A DNA stretch of 59,536 bases, counting the filler, from Jimgerdemannia flammicorona (Eukaryota): the NCBI GenBank assembly GCA_003990765.1. It is 3 parts of 3 records of this genome, joined end to end, with 100 filler letters (N's around TTAATTAATTAA, not from the genome) between each part and the next. Parts side by side here need not be neighbours in the genome. Positions count along the whole stretch, not along the records: positions 39,765 to 59,536 come from RBNJ01001854.1; 2 more parts are not named here. One strand, 5' to 3'. Each line of letters begins with the position of its first letter. The stretch's first letter is position 1. Under the pieces are notes generated by a model, which was given only the letters and a program-made list of their open reading frames with translations, was not told the DNA's origin and did no database searches. The position numbers and the translations under genes were made by a program. Shown piece after piece: positions 49,101-59,536 of the stretch.

Positions 49101-49436
49101 AGTATAGTATACTCAGAAGTTGAAGATCTTTCAATAATATAGTATATCTATAGCTAGTAGATTTCTAAGAGTCACTGGGCTATAGTGAGGTTTTCTTGAT
49201 AAATCTGGATCAATTAGAAGTAGTTATCAATAGTTTCTCTAAACTGAGATAAGAGAATTGATAGAGCTTAGAGAGAACTAAGAATAAGAGTCTAGAGATA
49301 CTGATCAAATCTCTAAATTATTAATAGATAGTAGATATATCTTGAGGCAATTGATATATACTAGAGTTATCAGGATATATCTATCTATACTTCTTATATA
49401 GATGCTTATTTCTCTGATATTATATATAAGATAATA

Positions 49437-51440
49437 TCTTTTTTATTTTTTTTTATTTTTATAGTTACTTAGACTTCTGTATTCATTACCAATCAATCTA
49501 TATCTGATATAGTACAGAAATCCTATCTCTACTCAATTCTTCTCAAGAGACTACTCTCTATCTCTTTATAATAAAAGGCTACCTAACTATCAATTATTAC
49601 AACTCTCTCCCCACTCTGCTTACAGATCTCTTCTATAAGACAGTAGTAACACCTACTCTAGAAACATCACTCCACCCACCAACTAGCTATAATCTCTTTC
49701 AGTAAACCTTCTCATCTCACCAAATGCTCTTCCAAACTCAGCTATCTTCTCTCAAATATATATAACTAGTATCTAGCTAGCCCTATCTAAATCACTAAGA
49801 TCTATCCAATAGTAAGCTACTCATTATCAATATAATCCACTAGTTACTTCTACAAGTTATCCCACTGATCTCTCTCACCATTCTCTCTTCTCACTACTTT
49901 TAGGTAATTCCCAATAGCTATCTAGAAGTTACTAAGAATCTCACACTCTCTTAGCAAATATTTAGGCATTTATACAAAGTCTCTCTTCTGCTCTACATTA
50001 TAATACTCCTTACAATTAAAGAGCCCACTATCTATCAAGTGATCTGACCAAAAGTTTAGTATAATATTTCTCCTTAACAAATACCACTTCACCATTCAGT
50101 ACTTTAGAGAAAGCCATTTCTTCACTTCAGCACTCTAAGACCAGACATCTTCCCAGTTCTACTCTTTACCAATCTCAGCTAACTATCGGCTTATAGGCTA
50201 TAAATTCTGATCCATCTCTCTTTAGTACTCTACTCTAGTACCAATATCAAAGTCTACTCGAGAAGAACTCTCCAAAAGTAACTAATCTCATCACTATATT
50301 GCAGACTCCATTCTATCTCTTCCTTAGCTCTCTACTAGTATAGTCTAATATAATGAATACTATCAACCACTCTCTACCAGAAGCTTTTATACTACAAGTA
50401 CCTACTGCCATTTAGTTCAACCAATAATAGTAGATCACCTGAAGAGCCTTTGGGGAAAAACCTCCTCTCCCAGATCTTCTGCATTAGTAGTACCCACTCA
50501 CTATCTCATAATTCAATAGCCTACTTCTTCAGGTAATATAACTTTTTAGAGAAGTCCACTAGACCAAGACCATCTCTATTTACTAATATAGTCAAAATCT
50601 CTCATCTTATCTGATACTGTCTTCTAGCTCAGATCTAGTTCTTAGCTAACTTCAATAATCTCTTTATCACTCAGACTGAAAAGTCCAAGTAATATATAAG
50701 TCAGATATCACAGTTTTGACAATCAGTAAACATTCAGAATTGACATCTGCTCTCTTAGAGAGAGATATATAATACCTCTCTCAGCTCTGAAGAGCTATCC
50801 TTCAATCTACTACCTTTCTCTCTTACTAAATTCTGAGCAAGACAGAACTATATACTGATAAGAAGATACCCAGATATCTCATAGCTTTTCCTATAGAGAC
50901 AATTGTTCTAATTATACCTCTATCTATCAGCCTATTCTCCAATACTATCATCTCATATTTATACTAGTTGAGCTTTACTCTGAGAGCTCCTCATACTATT
51001 CTACTATTCTCTCAGTACTTCTACATCAGTAACTGAGCTAAGACCAATTACTATATTATCTATAAAGATCCCAATCTTCTACATTATTCTAAAAATAGAG
51101 AGCCCAGTCACTCTGTAGTGAATCCTATCTATCAATAGCTCTAATGATAGAGTATACAGAATAAGAAATAATAGATCTCTCTGAGGAACCCTCTCTCTCT
51201 AATGAGAATATGATACTATAATAATCATTATATATAAGAGCTATCTGATTACTCTCTAGCAGACTAATTATTGAAATCTAGAACTACTGAGAAATACTAA
51301 TCCTGTTCAGTACCTTTTTTAGCCAAACTCTTTAAATCTAATTATAGGCCTTCTCCTAATTTAAGAAGACTAGCTGTCCATTCAATCCACTTACTCTCAT
51401 CTCTTCAATTATGCCATGTACTCAAGCTGTCCCATCCTAT
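49437..51440 (-). mobile_element. Decayed L1-clade LINE 3' half, ending at a Copia LTR
   Basis: T-tract plus ATAGTTACTTAGACTT (reverse complement of the family 3' end); EKAYN, VPQRDLL and YLGIF remnants. Confidence 0.88.
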
Positions 51441-53750
51441 TGTAGAATACTTAGAAAATGGTAGATAGAGAGAAGTAGCAATTGTTTATTGAACTTATGT
51501 ACTTTTATATATATATATGTTGATGATATTTATAGAATAATATAGTTAGACTATACTACTATATATTGAGTTGCTATAACTAAATTATTTCAACACTCTT
51601 GCTCAATAAGATATATTTCAGAATATATAAATATAAGAACTAATTGAGTAAATTAAATATATATAACCAACTGAGTGCTATTTAGATGACTAAAAAAGAT
51701 TAAAATTCTCTGCTTATAAATATGAAAATAAATCAAGAATATAGTAGAAGACTGATAATATAGATTCAGATCTATTCACAAATGAAAAAGATATAAGCAT
51801 AATATGCAAGATATAGTGAGAGGCTTCTAGTGCTCTAAAAAACTTTTTATTATATTCATATTATCATTATTGCCATTGCTTACTACTTACTGGTATAGAA
51901 TTACTACTTACTGATATATAGTTTCTGTTTTCTAGTATAGAATTGCCCATAAGTCTCATTTCTTTTATACATAAGTCAAACTTTGCTTTAGGAAGAGCTT
52001 TAGTCAATAAATCTATCTTTATATATTCTATTAGGATATATTCTAAGTATTTAGTATCATTTTCTATATATTTCTATATTAAATAATATTATATATCAAT
52101 ATATTTGGTCTTTGCATAATATATAGAGTTCTTTCCTATAGTAATTATAGATTGATTGTCTTATTGGAATAGTATAGAGTACTATTGATTATATCTTAAC
52201 TTTTTTTATAATTTCAAAAGCTATATAGCATTATTTGTTACCATGTATAGTACTTAATATTCTGCTTATATAGATGATATTATCACTGAAGATTGCTTGT
52301 ATATTTGTTATAAAATAGCTAATTTTAAAGTAGTATCTAGTTATCGACCATTTATAATCCAGGTTATCAGTCTAATTAATATCATATATATTAGATAACC
52401 TTATATGTAGTACTTCTGCTTAATCTATTATTACTTAAACATAATATATAGTATTCTATATCTTTAATATATCTAATATATCTTAAAATGTATTTTATTA
52501 CTATCTAATGCAAATTTTCATAATAGAATAAGTACTGTATCATTTTGTTAACTATATATTATATTGGGCCTCATTCTAAGTATAAGATATATGAGAGATC
52601 TCACAGCTTACTAATAGGTAATGTTGTTATCTTTAGATATATCTGATTTTCTTAGTCTCACAGATATCTTTGTAGGGGTTCTGATAGACTTATATTTACT
52701 TATATTAAATTATTTGAGTATAGTCTGAATATATGTAGCTTATAATAGATATATTATACACTTGTATCTATTATATATAATTAATATTCTAAGAAGATAG
52801 GATACATTATCCATATTTATCATCTTGAATTCCTGATGTAGTATTATCTTTATGTCATTAATCTTACTTGCTATTTTGATCAGAATAATATCATTAATCC
52901 AAATTTCTAGATACATATATAATTCTTGAGGATATATACTAGATATATATATATATATTAGCTTCACAATACTTAAATCTATTATCTAAAGATATTTGTC
53001 AATTTTTTAATTCCACAGTCTTATTACTTGTTTGATACTATAGCAATATTTATATAATTTGTATATAAGCTTATTTTTATTATTATAGTTCATATTCTTA
53101 TAATTGATAAATATATAACTCTATATTTATATCACTATTTAAGAAGACTGTTTTAATATCTATTTGATAGATTTCATAGTTATATTTAGCTCCAATTGTA
53201 AGAAGTATTCTAAGTAAAGTAAGCTTGAATATTAGAGAAAAGGTCTCATCATAGTCTATATTATATTCTTATAAATATCTCTTTGCTATAAAATAAGTCT
53301 TATATTACTCTATATCACTATTGCTATTATAAATATTTGACTTTATATATCTTACAGAATTCTATTGCTTATCAATTTACTAAGAGAGAGACTAGATCTC
53401 AAGTATCATTCTTGATAAGAGAATCATATTTCTTATCTATAGCCTTTTTCCACTCTTTTTTATATATCATCTAAGTATATAGCTTTATTATAGTTTGCTG
53501 ACTCACTAGTCATTACTATGTAGATACACTTATAGGTATAGTTTATATGATATTATTTATAATGAGATATCTTCAATATTCTTCTAAATTTGCTTCAACT
53601 TCATTTTGTAGTCTAGATTTGTACTTTTTCTTATCTTTTAGAGAGAGATTCTCATCATTATCCTTATCTATAATTTCTATAATTCTTGGCTCTAATAACC
53701 TTATTGGTATATATATTATGATGATATCTTTGAAACTGATGATATCAGAA
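51441..53750 (-). mobile_element. Decayed Ty1/Copia: 155-bp LTR (51441-51595), PPT, RNase H and RT
   Basis: TGTAGA...TCAACA; EWKKAID, IDYDETFSL, YQIDIKTVFLNSD, IWINDI, KTKYIDI, DLLTKAL. Confidence 0.9.
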
Positions 53751-54869
53751 TCTAAAGACTGCTTAGACTTAGCAAGTCACCAGTTATAAGTTATGACTCA
53801 ACCATGACTTATCTTAATCATAAGATGATCTGCAACTGAACTCATGATGACTCATAATGACTTCAGCAGTATACTACTCAAGTCAGATGACCCTATACTC
53901 TAGACTAAAGGAGCAGACCCTTAAGATATAAAAGAAGTATTAAGAGAAGAAGGACAAGGCATCAATTATAAAGCTTACTACAAAATAAGATATCTATTAT
54001 CTGCCAAATAGTAAGGTCAAGGAGCCACCCAGATCTATCAGTCTAAGAACAAATATTTACTGATATTAAGAGAATAATGAGACTATATATAAGAAAGACT
54101 CCTAGTCTGAACCTCTATATAAGAGAGCCCTACCACTATACCCTCAACTGCTGGGAAATAGAGATAAGAATTACTACTACCACTGAGTACCTCTGGATAT
54201 AGTAAGAATATAAAAATAGGATATTATCTCTACCAGAAGTTCTCACAGACCAGCTCTCAAAAAATTGAAGACACTACATATATGGACAGATATGAGCAAA
54301 AACTGGTCAGAAGATTCCACCAGATCTTCAGACATACACCCTGGGCTATTCCCAACCTCAAGTATGTCAAGATCTCTGATATTTAAGAATTGACAAGCTG
54401 CCATACAGACCATCTCAAGAAAATGGTTGCCAAGGAGGCCCAATCCACTATCATAGTCAAGAGTGATGAAGTTCAAGATCTTTGAAACCCTATTCTAGAG
54501 AACAACTCAGATCAATTTCTTCATAGTCTGATTGCACTATTTCAAGGCTCTTCTCTAAGAGTCTGTTATCTTCAGAACTCCACAGATATTCCCTACTTTG
54601 TGGATGACCTCACTATTGACTAGAAACCTCAAGAGCAGAATGATATCAATACTCCAGACAACTTAGAGAATAATGATAACCCACTTATTCTACTAGAAGA
54701 TGATGCCTATAACTTTCTTTCCCCCTTCCAAGACCCTCTCACTGACCCCACTACTGCTGTAGAGAATGCAGAAAATAATTTGGCCAGACTCCCTGAAGAA
54801 AATAAGAAAGAAGATGAGAATGACATAATCTCTGTCATATTGAACTTTAAGATGTATGAGGACAGCTCT

Positions 54870-57800
54870 ATTAGTTAAATTTAAGTAAGTTAGTGACTAC
54901 ATATTTAACTAGCCATATTCAGGTTAGTTAGTTAGTTGCACAAATAGTGACTACACTTTAACTAGCCAAATTTATTATAAATATAAAACTAGCCTTTTTC
55001 AGTTAGTTAATCACCTGAATTCCAAAAGTATACTAAATAATATCTTCTAGTAATTGTGAGTTTTAACCAATCATCCAGTCTTATATATAGTCTAAAATCT
55101 GTATAAATATCTCTCCTAATCTGTAGTGAATAAATCTCAGTCAATTGGTATATAATATAAGTCAATTAGTTTATAATACCAACTTAAGTTCTGAAAGACA
55201 AGAGAAGTCAAGTGTAAGAACTTTGAAAAAAGACTCCAAGAGCTGAAGGAAATCACTCTTGCTGCCATCACAAAAATTGGATACAAGACCAGAAAATACT
55301 GCTATAAGAACAAATTCTAAGGATCAAGATATCTATCTAAAGTATAAAGCTTGAAGATTGAGAAGATGAATCACTCTTACCACTACTGCTAGTCAAGTCA
55401 GCCAGTTAATCACTATCATGGAAACCCATAGAAATCAGAAATCAAGACCCACAGAATTTAAGTCAGTTAGCTAAACACTGATTCCAGAGAATATCAGAAT
55501 GCCACCAGAAAACATAGAGAACCCATGAAATAACTACTAGCCAGGAAACTCAAGAATAATATATAAATGAGTCAATTGAATATGCTACTATAAAAATTAG
55601 TAACCAAGACTATATATTCAAAATATAAGTCAGAACTACACACTCAAGACAGTCAGTTAAAATTACTATAGAAATAAGGTATCAGACTCAGAAAATATTA
55701 TGAAACTCATCAGAAACTTAGCCAGGAATATCAGAATAATTGTCAGTATACCAGAATCCACAATATATATTCTTTTAATTTTTGCCATTCCAAATATCTG
55801 GTCATGTGACCAATGACTTACAATATCTAAATTCTAATCTAATATGAGAAATGTAAACAAATCAAACAGTAGTTGAACTGAACATTGAGCTAGTAAAGAT
55901 ATCAATAGTCTATATATAATTAGTGATACTATTGAGCTGTATATATCAGCATCTATCAGCAACCAGACCCATATAAATCACATGTCACATTTTGAGAGCT
56001 CAACTGGAAAATTTTTCTAAAGACTTGACCATTTGGCTTAAGAACCCAGCAGCCATCTACAGTGGAGAATTCAGGAGAAACTAGTCAGCAACAAGACCAG
56101 GACTAGTAACAGCCCACCTTAGAAGAAGAAGCTCATACCATTATCAGGACAGCCCTCACCCTGTTCAGGATCAGTAGTCAGAAAACTGAATTAGAAGAAA
56201 GAAGTGATATAGACTATGGTTTGATCTTAAAAAAGAAGACATCTCAGAGGACAACCTGAATCCATCTAGATCTAAGGCTCAGAATAAGAAGAAGATTTTC
56301 CTGAAAAATACCAGACCCTAATCTATAGAAGAGATTTAGACAGAAGTGATTATATTACTACTGTCATCACCTGAGCCACTCTACTAGACCAAGTATACTT
56401 TGAAACATCTGAAGGAGAAGAAGACTACTATCCTTACCTTCCAGAACCAGAGGAAGATAATGATTGGAGAAATTGCTCAGACTATTCAAGGGATGAATTC
56501 AATCTTTATTACTATTCAGACAGAAATATAGATCCTTGGCAAGATGAACAGAACCCCACTACTTCACAACAGCAAGAGGCAGATGAACTGAGTATCAGCT
56601 ATATCAGTTCTATCCCAGTTATTAGAACTCCAGTACTCTGGTCCTTCATATCCCAGTATTATCCTCAAGAGACAAGAAGCTCTACTCCTCTCAGAACCTC
56701 AGTATTTAGTGATCACTACTACTTAATTAGAGAACCACCACCATCAAGAATCTCTATCCCAGCTTTAATTAGAAGGGCCAGATTCTCTACATCTCTACCA
56801 AGACACTGCTCTCTGCCAGTACTCCTAGTTCATCAAGCACCTCCACATCTTCTTCTCAAGAATCATCAAGAAACCCTACTCCAGTACTAGACTCAGATAG
56901 TGAAGGTGAACCAGACATGAGTTATCTCCAGAAATTCCATAGTGTAGACAGTAAAGATATCAAGGAATTCTTTGAAGAAATTGAAGTACAAGCAGCAGCC
57001 AAGCAGTAAGATGCCCAGAGAAAGCTCAGAATTATGAAATCACTCTTAAGAGGCCCTGTTCTATAAAAGTACAACCAAGAAAAGCAAGTTGGAGGAGAAA
57101 TCCATAGAGCAGAATAAGTCAATAATCTTCAAGCAAATAGAGACCATGTAGATAGATATAATATCCATAAGACCTAGCTCCACACTTAGTTTAATAGTCT
57201 TGAGTATCAATAAGAAGTACAAGAAGCTTTGATCTATATGAGTCAAGCTGTCAATAAAACTCCAAAAAGTTTCTATCACTGAATTCAAGCTCAAATGATC
57301 AAGACAAACTTACAACCTACAGTCTAACTAGCTCTGGCCTCAACCACCTTTCTCAATAGAATATTTCCTAAGCTTAGAAGGTAAGTCATTAGGATGGGCT
57401 ATTGAAGCATTGAGCAATAAGTTGCTAGAGAACAAGGATGTTGGAAAGCAGACTATAGATCACCTCAGCAAGTACAAGAATATCAAGAATCAGCTCAAGT
57501 TGAAACTCTAAGAACCTATGGCACAACTATAGAATAAGAGAATGCTTACTTGAGAGCTCAGTTGGCCAACTATGAGACCAGATCCCTACTCTCAACTCTG
57601 AGCCAATATAGGCAACAGCAGCAATAGCAGCTACTACTAAGAATTCAAGAGGACCCCATAACAATGCTCATCAAATAAATGAAAGACCTAGCCATTGCAG
57701 TTGCTCAGTTAAAGAATCAAGGAGGAAGACAATAAGATTATTATTGAGATAATAGATTAGACTACTGATAATAAGACAACAGGAGTTCTACTCAGGCCCC

Positions 57801-58099
57801 ACCAGCTACAACTGAGTTCACCAGCAACAGGTCTCTATACCCCAACTTGCTTCAACTGTAGAAACCAAGGTCACATTCAGAGGTTTTATCTGAAGAAACA
57901 AATTCTGTCTAATGATCAAAATGTCAATCTTATTTAAATAGATGAAGAGACTTAAGAAATAGAAGAAGAACCTACCTGACTTTATAGTCAAGAGGACACC
58001 TATCTATACTATAAAGCCTTTTCCTCTAAAGTGACTTGGGATGTAGCACTTGTACAGACCAGAAGATGAGAAAGACCTCCAAAAACCCCACTCTTACTA

Positions 58100-58102
<3 letters not shown>
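54870..58102 (+). mobile_element. Decayed Gypsy-like element: probable LTR (~54870-55745) and gag, cut by a LINE
   Basis: TATAAAT...AGTGAATAAATCTCAGTC LTR motif; gag DIKEFFEEIEVQAAAKQ*DAQRKLRIMKSLLRGP; zinc knuckle TCFNCRNQGHIQRFY at ~57845-57890. Confidence 0.75.
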
Positions 58103-58138
<36 letters not shown>

Positions 58139-59510
58139 GTCACTTGGACTTCCTTCCTTTATTATGCCCATCTAATCCATATGAATACAGTGTTTCCACC
58201 CCCTATCTGATCCCCCTAGGGGGGTCTCCCCTCCCCTCTACCCTTTCCCAATGAAAGGTCACTTTGTCTAACACTATCTCCACTCTCCCACCACTCTGTT
58301 CACAGATTCTTGCCACCAAACCACGATGTTGCCCCCCCTGAGGACCCCAACCCATCCACCATCCAGTCAGCAGATCCCCCAACAACCCCTCCCACTGTAA
58401 TACCTTCTCCTGTAGCCCCATCTGCTGTCCCTTCTCGAATACATAAAGCCAATGCCCAGCCAGTCCCACCCACACTGCTAACACCCACCCTATAGTGAGC
58501 CAACTATTACCTACACCACTCACTAGCCGAGATCTCAAGTCCTCCCAGTGGCCTCCCTCACCTGCTGGCCTTTGCTCCACATCCAGTCTAATCTCTATTT
58601 CTATCCAAAAGTTCCCCAAAACCTCACACTCTCCCAGCCAATGTTCCGGTGTCTGCACAAGTCCCCTAGCTTGCCCTATATTGTAACACTCCTCACAATC
58701 TAAACAGCCACCATCCACCAGATGCCCAGTGCAGAAATTCAACATGACATTTCTCTATAGCATTCACCACCATACCACCCAGAACTTGAGAGAAAGCCAC
58801 CTCTGCACCTCAGCACTCCAAGACCAGATACCTGCCCAGTCCCACTCCTCACCAATCCCTGCCACCTATCAGCCCCTTGGCCAAAGATCCTGGCTGAGAC
58901 TCTGCTGACACTCCACTCTATCTCCAATATCAAACTCAGCAAGTGAAGCACCCCCCAGGAGCAGTCTATCCCATTGCCACATATCTGGACCCCACACTAC
59001 CTCCCCCTCATTGCCTTGCTAGTACAGGCCAATTTGGTGTGCTCCATCTACCACCCCCCACCAAAAGCCCTTAAATCACAGCTGCCGAGTTCCATTTAGC
59101 TCCACCAAAGAGAGCAGATCTCCTGAGGACCCTTGAGGGGAGATTCTCATCTCCCACACCTTCTGCAGCAGTGGCACCCAACCCCCTCTCTGTAGTTCAG
59201 CAGCTCTCTTCAACCACCAGACTCGCAAGCAGTGCAACCTCTTAGGGAAATCCACAAGGCCAAGACCTCCTCTGACCACTGGTGTTGCAAGAGTATCCCA
59301 ACTGATCTGGAATCTCCTCCCTGCCCAAATCCAATCTCTAGCCACCTTCATCAGCCTCTTCACCATCCAAGCTGGGAAGTCTAGGTAATAGACCATGTAC
59401 CATAGCTTGGGGAACCAGTAGACATTTAGAATTGACACCCACCCTGCCAGAGAGATATGGTGGCCTCCCCAACCTCGAAGGGCCTCTCCCCAAATGGTCA
59501 CCCTGCTCTC
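58103..59510 (-). mobile_element. L1-clade LINE 3' portion, bounded by T-tracts on both sides
   Basis: T-tract plus ATAGTCACTTGGACTT; CEEC...HWLGEC; RGGLGL; close paralogue of 1-1250. Confidence 0.93.
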
Positions 59511-59536
59511 TTTTTTTTTTTTTTTTTTTTTTTTTT

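Overview
Eukaryotic, intron-rich fungal DNA. An early-diverging lineage (Mucoromycota, possibly Endogonales-like) is inferred from gene content and structure, not proven. About three quarters of the window is nested, decayed transposons: L1-clade LINEs, Ty3/Gypsy and Ty1/Copia LTR elements, hAT-type MITEs and a 2.3-kb TIR element. These are almost free of CpG and the oldest copies are TpA-rich. Two CpG-intact gene islands sit among them. The first (5.9-8.7 kb) holds a 5-exon orphan gene whose N-terminus resembles a degenerate kinase N-lobe. The second (29.9-39.7 kb) holds CKS1, a UBFD1-like gene, a cytochrome P450 and an MKK1/Pek1-type MAPKK. There are two assembly gaps. The most unusual observations are: (1) a three-copy tailed retroposon family, one copy with a clear 17-bp TSD, whose conserved ORF is antisense and starts at the tail junction; (2) repeat-restricted C-to-T hypermutation extending beyond CpG into CpA/TpG (RIP-like); (3) a complete TSD-flanked LTR element with gag-protease but no visible RT or integrase; (4) the N-lobe-only pseudokinase-like gene; (5) a TIR element carrying a spliced non-transposase gene. 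All alignments were done by eye and boundaries of decayed elements are approximate.
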